Shown: in pieces, positions 7,663 to 16,776 of the stretch | Numbering within the stretch: position 1 is the first letter of the stretch | Layout: every line of letters begins with the position of its first letter | DNA from: a virus | Lineage: Duplodnaviria > Caudoviricetes | Virus record (IMG/VR): IMGVR_UViG_3300020716_000038 | Coordinates: 1 to 25,379 of that record | Strand: one strand, 5' to 3' | Length of the DNA stretch: 25,379 nt | The notes under the pieces: model-generated | The model's database searches: none | Seen by the model: only the letters and a program-made list of their open reading frames with translations | Told to the model about the DNA's origin: nothing | Program-made: the position numbers and the translations under genes

Positions 7663-7947
7663 ATGTCAAGACCAAAACCAAAGATACTATTAGAACATAT
7701 CAACAAGAAAACGTACAAAGCCGAACAAGTATTAGAGGCAGAGGCTATCTGGGCAGTATTCTATAAGAACGAGCCTTTTAATCTTAAGTCATTCAATAGC
7801 CTTACCAGCTATCCTGGCCCAAAGTACAAAAAAGTTTCTTTCTCAAATCCTGGCCACGCACATAATTTGGCAAAGAAATTGAACCAAACTTTTGGTGTCG
7901 ATGATTTCCAAGTGGTAATGCTAACTCAAGGCACTATAATAAAATGA
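7663..7947 (+). CDS. hypothetical basic phage protein
   Basis: MSRPKP...PGPKYKKVSFSNPGHA; coupled to the next gene (ATGA). Confidence 0.85.
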   Translation: MSRPKPKILLEHINKKTYKAEQVLEAEAIWAVFYKNEPFNLKSFNSLTSYPGPKYKKVSFSNPGHAHNLAKKLNQTFGVDDFQVVMLTQGTIIK

Positions 7948-8351
7948 TAACACGCGATGCCCTAACTAAGATTTTTTTGCAACAATGGGGCAAGAGTACA
8001 GATGATGCTAATTTACAACTGTTCAGTCGTAAGTGGTGGCAAAGTACTAGAGCAGGTAAACAAAATAATTTTCGCCTAAGTGAAGAGGGCTATGAATTTT
8101 TGGTTCAAGAATTGGATTTGAAAGAATATGAAATTCCGTTTACTGAGCCAATCGAATTAAGTCCCCAAACTATTATATTTTTGGAAAGGTATGTGGATTG
8201 CCCATACTACCTAACTCCAATGTCAATCACTGTCTTTTCAGAACGCAAAGGTTTTGAGCTAATGTTGTTTTCAGACGACATTAGAAAATTTGGCATAATT
8301 AAAGCCATGAATGAGCGAGAAAAAGAACTCGCTAACACAGATAACAGTTGA
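7944..8351 (+). CDS. hypothetical protein (135 aa)
   Basis: ORF in the operon; RLSEEG motif reminiscent of a winged-helix wing (weak). Confidence 0.85.
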   Translation: MITRDALTKIFLQQWGKSTDDANLQLFSRKWWQSTRAGKQNNFRLSEEGYEFLVQELDLKEYEIPFTEPIELSPQTIIFLERYVDCPYYLTPMSITVFSERKGFELMLFSDDIRKFGIIKAMNEREKELANTDNS

Positions 8352-8376
8352 CATACACTCTAGTTTCCTATACAAT
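8348..8376 (+). promoter_or_regulatory. sigma70 promoter for the AAA+ ATPase
   Basis: TTGACA (8348-8353), 17-nt spacer, TACAAT (8371-8376). Confidence 0.8.
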
Positions 8377-8429
8377 ACATACTTACACAGCGTTATTTTA
8401 AATAACATTTTTTTAAGATAGGAACTAAA

Positions 8430-9518
8430 ATGCCAGAAATTTCCAGCCGTACAGTGGGCCCAAGCGGCGCCAAAAAGTCTTTGCGTAAGGCTTTTAAAAA
8501 TCAGCGTCCAATTTTCCTTTGGGGTCCTCCAGGTATTGGCAAGTCTGATATTATTAAACAATTAGGCGAAGAACTAGAAGCTCACGTAATTGATGTACGT
8601 TTGAGCTTGTGGGAACCTACCGATATTAAAGGTATTCCATATTTTGATAGCAACGATGGTACCATGCGTTGGGCACCTCCTGCTGAATTGCCAAGCAAAG
8701 AATTGGCTAAACAACATAAACAAATCGTCTTGTTCTTAGACGAAATGAACTCTGCGGCTCCTGCTGTACAGGCCGCGGCTTATCAATTGATTTTGAATCG
8801 TCGTGTAGGCACTTATCACTTGCCAGACAATGTTTCAATTGTTGCGGCTGGTAATCGTGAAACTGACAAAGGTGTTACATTCCGTATGCCTGCTCCGCTG
8901 GCTAACCGTTTTGTTCACTTGGAAATGACTGTTAACTGGGATGACTACTTTGAGTGGGCAGTCGAGAACAAGATCCATAAGGACGTAGTTGGTTTCTTGA
9001 GCTTCTCTAAAAAGAGCTTATATGATTTCGATCCAAAATCTAGCTCACGTGCTTTTGCTACTCCACGTTCTTGGAGTTTTGTAAGCGAATTGCTAACAGA
9101 CGATGACGTAGATGTAGATACACTAACAGACTTGGTATCAGGTTCAGTTGGTGAAGGGTTGGCTGTTAGCTTTATGGCTCACCGCAAAATTGCAGGTAAA
9201 ATGCCTAATCCAAGCGACATTTTGAATGGCAAAGTTAAGAAAATGGACTCTAAAGAAATTAGTGCCATGTATTCTTTGACTGTGTCTTTGTGCTATGAAT
9301 TGAAAGATTCTTGCGAAAAGAACGTTAAAAACTGGAATGATCAAGTTAACAACTTTTTCGAATTTATGATGAATAACTTTGAAACAGAATTGGTTATTAT
9401 GGGTACTAAATTGGCTTTGAGCACTTACAAATTGCCATTGGATCCAGATGAAATCAAATGCTTTGATGATTTCCATGCCAAATATGGCAAGTATATTAGT
9501 GCCGCAACTGAGAAATAA
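8430..9518 (+). CDS. MoxR-like / dynein-related AAA+ ATPase
   Basis: Walker A GPPGIGKS, Walker B LFLDEMN, sensor AAGNR, arginine finger PLANRF, TPRSW. Confidence 0.92.
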   Translation: MPEISSRTVGPSGAKKSLRKAFKNQRPIFLWGPPGIGKSDIIKQLGEELEAHVIDVRLSLWEPTDIKGIPYFDSNDGTMRWAPPAELPSKELAKQHKQIVLFLDEMNSAAPAVQAAAYQLILNRRVGTYHLPDNVSIVAAGNRETDKGVTFRMPAPLANRFVHLEMTVNWDDYFEWAVENKIHKDVVGFLSFSKKSLYDFDPKSSSRAFATPRSWSFVSELLTDDDVDVDTLTDLVSGSVGEGLAVSFMAHRKIAGKMPNPSDILNGKVKKMDSKEISAMYSLTVSLCYELKDSCEKNVKNWNDQVNNFFEFMMNNFETELVIMGTKLALSTYKLPLDPDEIKCFDDFHAKYGKYISAATEK

Positions 9519-9534
9519 ATCGGTTTAAGGCTAT

Positions 9535-9563
9535 TTGACACCTCCTTCGGGAGGTGTTATAAT
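9535..9563 (+). promoter_or_regulatory. perfect-consensus sigma70 promoter whose spacer is a cUUCGg hairpin
   Basis: TTGACA 9535-9540, 17-nt spacer, extended -10 TG then TATAAT 9558-9563; ACACCTCC-TTCG-GGAGGTGT at 9538-9557. Confidence 0.85.
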
Positions 9564-9588
9564 ATATACATACAGTAAAGGAGCATCG

Positions 9589-10773
9589 ATGTCACATACA
9601 GATCCAATTATCGACAAAATTATCGTAGCCCGTGTGGGTCTACTACTACGCCATCCGTTCTTCGGCAACATGGCTACACGTTTAAAAATTGAAGAAGGCT
9701 CCGAGTGGATGGGCACTGCCGCTACAGACGGGCGCACTATCTATTTTAATCGCAAATTTTTTGAACCGCTTTCAGTTAAGCAGGTTGAATTTGTAATTGC
9801 ACACGAGATTTTGCATAATGTGTTTGATCACATGGGTCGTCGCGAAACTCGCAACCCACGCATTTTTAATATTGCCGCAGACTATTGCGTAAACGGACAA
9901 TTGGTGCGTGATCGTATTGGTGAACATAAAATCGATGGCATTACAATCTTCCATGATCCAAAGTATTATGGTATGGGTGCAGAAGAGATCTATGACCAAA
10001 TCTATGATGACATGGACGAGGAAGAACTTAACCAATTAGGTCAACTACTCGATGATCACATTGACTGGGGTGAGAATGGCAAAGATGGTCAGCCAAAATA
10101 TTCTAAAGAAGAACTAAAACAAATTCGTGACGAGATCCGCGAAGCTACAATGCAGGCCGCACAAGCCGCAGGTGCTGGTAATACTCCTGCTAGTGTACAA
10201 CGCATGATTAAGGAACTAACAGAGCCTAAGATGAATTGGCGTGAAATCTTGCGTCAACAAATCCAAAGCACTATTAAAAATGACTATTCATTTATGCGTC
10301 CTAACCGTAAGGGTTGGCACATGAACGCTATTTTGCCAGGCACACAATATGACGAGACAATTGATATTTGTGTAGCAATTGACATGTCAGGTTCAATTGG
10401 CGACGAGCAGGCTAAAGATTTCTTGTCCGAGATTAAAGGCATTATGCAAGAGTACAAAGACTTTAAGATTAAAGTTTGGTGCTTTGACACTAAGGTCTAT
10501 AATGAAGCAGACTTTGATGGCTATAACATCGACGAGTTCGACTACTACGAACCAATGGGCGGTGGTGGTACTGAGTTTGACGCCAATTGGGAATACATGA
10601 AGGAACATGATATTCAACCTAAAAAGTTTATTATGTTTACAGACGGTTATCCTTGGGGTAGCTGGGGTGATGAAAATTACTGTGATACAGTATTCATTAT
10701 CCACGGCAATGATAAAATTGTTCCACCTTTTGGTGAATTTGCATACTACGAGTTCTCTAAGGAAACAGCATAA
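9589..10773 (+). CDS. zincin metallopeptidase-like plus VWA domain protein (DUF2201-like), MoxR partner; likely ATG start at 9589
   Basis: TAATDG, AHEILH (HExxH), NIAAD, MIDAS DMSGS, GGGGT.F and FTDG motifs; AAGGAG RBS before 9589. Confidence 0.9.
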   Translation: MSHTDPIIDKIIVARVGLLLRHPFFGNMATRLKIEEGSEWMGTAATDGRTIYFNRKFFEPLSVKQVEFVIAHEILHNVFDHMGRRETRNPRIFNIAADYCVNGQLVRDRIGEHKIDGITIFHDPKYYGMGAEEIYDQIYDDMDEEELNQLGQLLDDHIDWGENGKDGQPKYSKEELKQIRDEIREATMQAAQAAGAGNTPASVQRMIKELTEPKMNWREILRQQIQSTIKNDYSFMRPNRKGWHMNAILPGTQYDETIDICVAIDMSGSIGDEQAKDFLSEIKGIMQEYKDFKIKVWCFDTKVYNEADFDGYNIDEFDYYEPMGGGGTEFDANWEYMKEHDIQPKKFIMFTDGYPWGSWGDENYCDTVFIIHGNDKIVPPFGEFAYYEFSKETA

Positions 10774-11060
10774 TGGCATTAAAGAATGGCAAGCCTAATC
10801 CTTTAGATTATTACAATCTACGCAGGGTTGAGTTTGCCTGCCCTCATTTTAAATATACAACTATAGATAAATTCAATCCACAGCTAGCCAAATCTATCGA
10901 CTCTTGGATACGTAAGAATTTAAATAATAGGTACTATGTAGGGCAGGGCATTACATTAGATTCAAGCAATACGATAGTTTATAATACACGTATTGGTTTT
11001 GAAAGTGAAAAGGAACTTAGTTTTTTCACGATTGCATGTCCGCTCCTACAAAGTAGATAA
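10773..11060 (+). CDS. hypothetical protein (95 aa)
   Basis: TAATG coupling to the VWA gene; IGFESEKELSFF motif. Confidence 0.8.
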   Translation: MALKNGKPNPLDYYNLRRVEFACPHFKYTTIDKFNPQLAKSIDSWIRKNLNNRYYVGQGITLDSSNTIVYNTRIGFESEKELSFFTIACPLLQSR

Positions 11061-11089
11061 TTAAATTAGTACTTTAAGGAGAACTCTAA

Positions 11090-11344
11090 ATGAGTGATGA
11101 AACTACACAACAACCAGCACAAGCGGCTGATACTACTGCACCAGCAGGACAAAATTCTAACGAATTAACAATTAACGATTTGCAAGCAATGAAAGTTATC
11201 ATCGATATCGCTAGTTCACGTGGCGCATTTAAGCCAAATGAAATGGTTGCAGTCGGTCAAACTTACAACAAGTTAGAATCATTCCTAGACACAGTAGCAA
11301 AGCAAGCCGAAGCACAAAAAGCATCCGCACCAGCAGGAGCTTAA
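11090..11344 (+). CDS. hypothetical phage protein (84 aa)
   Basis: AAGGAG RBS; LTINDL...IIDIASSRGAFK core; preceded by GATAATTA at 11056-11063. Confidence 0.85.
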   Translation: MSDETTQQPAQAADTTAPAGQNSNELTINDLQAMKVIIDIASSRGAFKPNEMVAVGQTYNKLESFLDTVAKQAEAQKASAPAGA

Positions 11345-11345
11345 T

Positions 11346-11972
11346 ATGGCCGAACTAAAACACGTGGCTCGTGTTAAAGCTACCAACAAAAAATGTTTGG
11401 TAGCTTATCGCACTTTGCCTGGCGATGCACACCATTGCCTAATTGTTCCAACAGAAAATATGCCTGATATCTTCCACGATGCTATTATTAATCTAGTAGA
11501 AAGTGGTAGTGGTCAAGATGCATATGAGTTTGCAGATGCTTTAGATCGTAATCAATTTCCAGATGGCAGTAATATGTTACGTTGGTTACATGGTAATGGT
11601 CGTCTAATTAAAGCACCTACAAGCGACATCGAAATGACACCGGCTACTAATTTTGGTATTTTGTTATCCGAATTAAATCAAATCATTGCTGAACAACGTG
11701 GAGTTGCTATTGATGATTTGTCGGTTAAAGCAGATACTAAAGAAAAAACAGAAGCTCGTCGTATTGAAGATGTAGCAGAAATTGATACACCAATCAAATC
11801 CGACGCTACTGCTAAACCAACTGCAACTGTAGAAGTTACAGCACCAGCAGAAAATTCTAGCCCAGAAGATCAAGCAAAGTTCTATCGTAGCCAAGCAGAT
11901 CGTTTGAGCAAGCAAGCCGCTGAAATGCGCCGCAAAGCCGAGGAGTTGGTTCCGACCAAAAAAGCAAAGTGA
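11346..11972 (+). CDS. hypothetical phage protein with C-terminal coiled coil
   Basis: AGGAG RBS; globular N domain, low-complexity linker, terminal helix. Confidence 0.85.
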   Translation: MAELKHVARVKATNKKCLVAYRTLPGDAHHCLIVPTENMPDIFHDAIINLVESGSGQDAYEFADALDRNQFPDGSNMLRWLHGNGRLIKAPTSDIEMTPATNFGILLSELNQIIAEQRGVAIDDLSVKADTKEKTEARRIEDVAEIDTPIKSDATAKPTATVEVTAPAENSSPEDQAKFYRSQADRLSKQAAEMRRKAEELVPTKKAK

Positions 11973-12289
11973 CGAAATCGGGAAGAAATCTTCCCAAGGA
12001 CGTCATTAAGCATTGGCCAGAAGTCTTCGGCGATGTACAGTTAAATGTAGTACCCTTAGGGTACTTACATACCGTACTGGTTAATTTTAAAGATGGTAAA
12101 ACTTGGGAAATAAAAATAACTCAAAAAACCAAGCGAGATGGATGGCATGCCTTCGAAAGGAACTTGGCCGAACTGGTTAAAAATTATGAAGAAAAAATTA
12201 GTGATATCGATTTTAAATTAGATACAAATCGAGTTAAGAAAGATATTGAACGTAGTACACAGAAATTTTTACGAAAGAAAAAGTTATAA
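11969..12289 (+). CDS. hypothetical protein (GTG start)
   Basis: GTGA overlap with the upstream stop; TAATG coupling to thyX. Confidence 0.8.
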   Translation: MTKSGRNLPKDVIKHWPEVFGDVQLNVVPLGYLHTVLVNFKDGKTWEIKITQKTKRDGWHAFERNLAELVKNYEEKISDIDFKLDTNRVKKDIERSTQKFLRKKKL

Positions 12290-12975
12290 TGAATGTTAGA
12301 TTACTTAGTTACAGCCAGCCAACTGAAGAATTCACTAGCATGGGAATCTCTGACGCTCAAGAGCTTATTGCCTTCTGCGCCAGAGTTTCAAACCCAAGCA
12401 ATCAATTCAACACAGAAACTAGCGAGAAGCTTATCAAGTATCTCATCAAGCACCAGCATTGGAGCCCACTTGAAATGGTCTCAGCTTGCATTGAAATTAC
12501 AACAACTAGAGACATTGCCCGTCAGATCCTTAGACACAGAAGTTTTAGTTTCCAAGAGTTTAGCCAACGCTATGCTGACCCGACAAAGGATCTCAACTTT
12601 GTACTTAGAGATGCCAGAAAACAAGACCTCAAGAATAGACAGAATAGTGTAGAGTTAGATCCACATAATAACGATGAAGATCGATTTCTTGCTTATCAGT
12701 GGGAACGTATGCAAGAGCTAGTGATTAAACAATCACGTGACGCATATGAATGGGCTATACTAAAAGGTATTGCCAAAGAACAAGCTCGTGCTGTACTGCC
12801 AGAAGGATTAATTGAAAGTCGTTTATATATGAATGGTACGCTACGTAGCTGGATTCATTTTATCGAATTGCGTAGTGCTAACGGCACACAAAAGGAACAT
12901 CAGGAAGTTGCTATTGCTTGTGCAAAGGTTATTGCTGAGATTTTTCCACTTGCCACTGATCTTGTAGCCAAGTAA
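12289..12975 (+). CDS. thyX: flavin-dependent thymidylate synthase ThyX
   Basis: H.SPLE, RHRSFSFQEFSQRY (RHR-x7-S), AKEQAR.VLP and LR...TQ.EH motifs. Confidence 0.95.
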   Translation: MNVRLLSYSQPTEEFTSMGISDAQELIAFCARVSNPSNQFNTETSEKLIKYLIKHQHWSPLEMVSACIEITTTRDIARQILRHRSFSFQEFSQRYADPTKDLNFVLRDARKQDLKNRQNSVELDPHNNDEDRFLAYQWERMQELVIKQSRDAYEWAILKGIAKEQARAVLPEGLIESRLYMNGTLRSWIHFIELRSANGTQKEHQEVAIACAKVIAEIFPLATDLVAK

Positions 12976-13603
12976 AATCATTTATTTTAGACAGTGCCTC
13001 CGGATTGGAGGCATTTTTTTCTCCATACCACCGACCAGCTAATGCACCCGAATAGGCATAAAATCCGTATTCAGCATTTTCATTCAAAGAACACCAAACA
13101 TCTAATCTAGTTAAAGATTCGTCGTTATTGATTACTGCTAATTTACACGATTCCCTAAATGCCGATTTCCAGGTACTAAACGGATCTGTGTTAAAAGCTG
13201 TAATATTACTAATAGTATCCATTGCTTTAAATTTAGTGCTGATACTTGTAGTCATATCTACTGTATTAGTATCCATTGTTAGTGTAAGATTTTTTGGTAG
13301 TAATTTGACTCCTCCATAACCGTAAGATAAATTGTTAACAGGATTTAAACTACGCCAAACATGCACTACATCTAAATCCCAATCTGGGACTAGATAATCG
13401 AATTTAAAATCATTTAATATAATAGCATCTGCATCTACTACCCAAAACATTTTAGTAAACGATTTCTTGGCGGCCGCTATATGTGCCTGATGTATGCCTT
13501 TAACACCATGCACACGTTTTGCTAGAGGAAACTTTGTTTTTAAATCATTAAAATTTTCCTCTGCATAAAGCTCGTTATAACTGATAAAAATAATATCGTA
13601 CAT
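12929..13603 (-). CDS. GT-A fold glycosyltransferase-like protein
   Basis: DIIFISYNE, KRVHGVKG, DxD motif VVDADA, YGYGGVKL; paralog of 13603-14502. Confidence 0.7.
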   Translation of the reverse strand: MYDIIFISYNELYAEENFNDLKTKFPLAKRVHGVKGIHQAHIAAAKKSFTKMFWVVDADAIILNDFKFDYLVPDWDLDVVHVWRSLNPVNNLSYGYGGVKLLPKNLTLTMDTNTVDMTTSISTKFKAMDTISNITAFNTDPFSTWKSAFRESCKLAVINNDESLTRLDVWCSLNENAEYGFYAYSGALAGRWYGEKNASNPEALSKINDFTWLQDQWQVEKSQQ

Positions 13604-14502
13604 TAGAATTTTTTACGTACACTACGTGGCATAGGGCTATAAACAGTTTTAAAAAACTTACTGCCAGCGCCATCTAAATTGGCAATTTCTAATTTAGATT
13701 TCGCCATTAATTCTTGGGCAAGAAAATTTATGTATTTGGTTATTTCTTCTGGTTCCGCAAGTGCATGAGTAGTTCTCCAAAATTCACTTAGACAATCAAA
13801 ATCACGCACATTAGCGTAATCCCAATCAGTTAAAAGAGTTTTATAAGCTCCTTCTCTAGCTCCTAGTATTGACCAAATACCGTTCTCAACATCGGCACCG
13901 ACACTTGACCAAATTAATAATCTATGATAATTTTGCCACCAGATTTCACTAATATTGTTTACTTTAGCACCTTGCACTAGGCACATTTTAACACCTTCTC
14001 TGAATCCTGCTCTCCACGCTTGCTCAGGAGTTGCGTTGGTAAAACTTTCACTATAACATTCATTAAACTGATAATAGCGTTGATCAAAACAAAACTCAAC
14101 ACGACCTTGCACATCATCAGGATCTGAGTTTTCATGTGTCTTCATTTCGTTAACAAACTTACGTGTCCATAATTTGAGACCACCATTTCCGTATTTTAAT
14201 CCGTTAACATGAACATTACCTGCCCAGCTAAAAACATTTTCGTCTGTAAATTGTTTTCCATCTAGTTCAATTTCTACTTCTAAATATTTAGGATCAATAA
14301 TATTATCACCATCCACTGTTGTAAAATATTCAGTTTCGCTTAAAGCCGCACAGGCTTTATGCGCCGCATCACTGCCTTTAACTCCATGAACACGTTTTGC
14401 CCAAGGAACTTTAGTAAGCAAATCTGCATAGTTTTTTTCAGCATTGGGTTCATTATAACTGAGAAATATAATATCCTGTTCTATAACTTTAATTGTTGTC
14501 AT
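13603..14502 (-). CDS. GT-A fold glycosyltransferase-like protein
   Basis: DIIFLSYNE, KRVHGVKG, DxD motif VDGDN, YGNGGLKL, WRAGFREG.K. Confidence 0.7.
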   Translation of the reverse strand: MTTIKVIEQDIIFLSYNEPNAEKNYADLLTKVPWAKRVHGVKGSDAAHKACAALSETEYFTTVDGDNIIDPKYLEVEIELDGKQFTDENVFSWAGNVHVNGLKYGNGGLKLWTRKFVNEMKTHENSDPDDVQGRVEFCFDQRYYQFNECYSESFTNATPEQAWRAGFREGVKMCLVQGAKVNNISEIWWQNYHRLLIWSSVGADVENGIWSILGAREGAYKTLLTDWDYANVRDFDCLSEFWRTTHALAEPEEITKYINFLAQELMAKSKLEIANLDGAGSKFFKTVYSPMPRSVRKKF

Positions 14503-15100
14503 GGGTAATCCTTAATTGCTTGCTACGAAAAACAAGTGTAGTTGCTATATTAATTTTAGATATATCTAGTTCGAGATCATTTTCAAAAATTACCCCTACG
14601 CATGTATTTTCACATAATTCTTTTTTATCTACTATTATAGTTCTTATTAAGAAATTATAGTCAGTTTCTAAGATAATAAAAAAAAGAAACTTTTCAATAT
14701 CTAATTTATTTTTAAATCTTAATTTTCCGGATACAGATAAGAAAAAATTCCACACTTTATTAGTCTCGTTCCACTCTACTAATAATTCAGGATCAATTAT
14801 ATCTTTAGTTGGAATAACTTCCAACATAGTATTTTTAAATCTTGGAACACTATCTACGAGAGAAACTAACTGCAAGGCAGTAGAATTTTCATCTTCTACT
14901 AACCCTAAAAGATAGTCGCTAAATTTTTCTTTACCAGTTACTAATTTTTCGTATGTAGAATAATCGATTTCAAGATAATCTTTATAGAGATTTATTTTTT
15001 CATTTGTAACAGATAATAATTGTTTTGTGTCAACATCATAATATGCATAAAATACATCAGGAATATGCTTAGGTGGAGAAGCTATTTTTTTACGAGCCAT
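14489..15100 (-). CDS. hypothetical protein within the glycosyltransferase cluster
   Basis: 203-aa ORF overlapping both neighbours; no recognisable motif. Confidence 0.8.
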   Translation of the reverse strand: MARKKIASPPKHIPDVFYAYYDVDTKQLLSVTNEKINLYKDYLEIDYSTYEKLVTGKEKFSDYLLGLVEDENSTALQLVSLVDSVPRFKNTMLEVIPTKDIIDPELLVEWNETNKVWNFFLSVSGKLRFKNKLDIEKFLFFIILETDYNFLIRTIIVDKKELCENTCVGVIFENDLELDISKINIATTLVFRSKQLRITHDNN

Positions 15101-15947
15101 TTACTAACTCCTTTAACTTATCAACTAATTGTTGATCCACAATATCTTTTTCTACATAATGAAATATTTTTTCTTGTTTTATATTTCCAACCAAAAATTC
15201 TCCTTTAGAATTTAATACAAAATTGGCATAATTTCTCCAGGATACCGGAACAGTATCCCACCCCTGTATAGCAGATTTCATGTGTATAAATTCTAAAGGA
15301 TTTGTTTGATCAATAGCAGAATCTTCCATACCAGAAATAATTAATGCAATAGCAGTAGCTAAATCCATGCTTATCCATAATTGAGGATCAAGTGGAGCAA
15401 AATTTCCTCTACAAAATTCCCAATTATTAATTACAAATTCTAATACTTTGTAAAATTCAAAACTAGTTTGATTCTTTTTAAAATAATGTAATGCAAAATA
15501 AGGATTAGGTAAATTATTAGATATAAATGTTTTACGATGATATAAATCTTGTTCTATAAATTCTAATTTATAATTCCGAATCTTACTACAAAATTTAATA
15601 TCAAAATTACTACAAAAATCCCACCATAAAGAAATATCTGCCAAAACTAGCATATCGGAATCCAAAACTATTGTTTCATCGTACGGTGTGGTATAATATA
15701 ACTTCCATCGATTTTCTGCTTGAAGTGGGCTATCTTCTACTTCTTTAAACCAAGGAATAGGAATTATATGATCGAATAAAGATTTATATTCATCAGGTAC
15801 AACGTTATTAGTTACTAAACTTACATTTTTAATTACTTTTTGACTGTATTTTATGCTAAGTGCCAGCACACACGCCTGTCGAACATAATCAACTGAATCT
15901 GTATTCTGGGCAAAAATTAAAAATCCTTTAGACACCTGAACCACCAT
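15090..15947 (-). CDS. GT-A (GT8-like) glycosyltransferase
   Basis: GFLIFAQN..VDY, TPYDETIVLDSD (DxD), FIHMK; paralog of 15928-16776. Confidence 0.72.
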   Translation of the reverse strand: MVVQVSKGFLIFAQNTDSVDYVRQACVLALSIKYSQKVIKNVSLVTNNVVPDEYKSLFDHIIPIPWFKEVEDSPLQAENRWKLYYTTPYDETIVLDSDMLVLADISLWWDFCSNFDIKFCSKIRNYKLEFIEQDLYHRKTFISNNLPNPYFALHYFKKNQTSFEFYKVLEFVINNWEFCRGNFAPLDPQLWISMDLATAIALIISGMEDSAIDQTNPLEFIHMKSAIQGWDTVPVSWRNYANFVLNSKGEFLVGNIKQEKIFHYVEKDIVDQQLVDKLKELVNGS

Positions 15948-16776
15948 CTATAAATCTACTAAGGCTTAATTTGTTCATGACATGCACATCCAATCCATTA
16001 GTTTTTGTAACTAGATATTCACCTAAGTGATCTTTTTTCTGAGTTATAAATTTCATTTTTACACCATCTGCGCTTATTAATACATCGGTATCCATGGCGT
16101 AAACCATCTTACCGGGAAGCTCAATAGCAAAATCATTCTGCATTTTACCTCCCATAATATGTATAGCTATACTAAAAGCAAAATCATTTCTATAAGTATT
16201 AGAGGTTATGTTATATAGTAATCGATAATATTGCCAGTTTTCCTTTATTTGAGTAATTAAATTAAAAAATAGTTCCATGACAGTTGTTTTTTGAAATATA
16301 AAAACTGTTGCCCAGAAAAACGGAATAGTGTATTGATTGATCCGTTGAAACTCGGAATTATTTCGTTCAAAGGCAAGATCAAAACTACTTTGATAAATTT
16401 GGAATTCGTAGTCATTATCTAATGCAGATTTTAATATGTCAGAATTAATAATATAATCGCTGTCAATTACTAGCGTTCTATCATAAGGAGTAAGATTAAA
16501 AATATTAGTTCGATTATGATTTTTCCATACCAATGACTTTGAACTTAGTGCGCCGTCGTAGAATTGCTTTGTAGATGTTTCTTCAACGTATCCTATTTCT
16601 ATAATTTTGTCAAATGTATGATTAGGGAATGCCTTTAACAAATAGTTTTTACTGTCTGTTATTATACTGACAGGAATATCTAAATGTTCTTGTATCTTAC
16701 TAGCCGCAAATATAGCTAATTTTATATAATCAATAGATGCATTATTTTGTGCAAAAATTACTGCGCCTGTAGTCAT
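15928..16776 (-). CDS. GT-A (GT8-like) glycosyltransferase
   Basis: GAVIFAQN..IDY, TPYDRTLVIDSD (DxD), YRNDFAFSIA, HVMNK. Confidence 0.72.
   Translation of the reverse strand: MTTGAVIFAQNNASIDYIKLAIFAASKIQEHLDIPVSIITDSKNYLLKAFPNHTFDKIIEIGYVEETSTKQFYDGALSSKSLVWKNHNRTNIFNLTPYDRTLVIDSDYIINSDILKSALDNDYEFQIYQSSFDLAFERNNSEFQRINQYTIPFFWATVFIFQKTTVMELFFNLITQIKENWQYYRLLYNITSNTYRNDFAFSIAIHIMGGKMQNDFAIELPGKMVYAMDTDVLISADGVKMKFITQKKDHLGEYLVTKTNGLDVHVMNKLSLSRFIDGGSGV

Noticed and set aside
9538-9557. Hairpin called as a classical Rho-independent terminator
   Set aside because: It is followed by TATAATAT rather than a U-tract, so I report it as a dual-function element instead.
9535-9588. Track start of the VWA protein at TTG 9535
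   Set aside because: That TTG is the -35 box of the promoter; ATG 9589 has an AAGGAG RBS.
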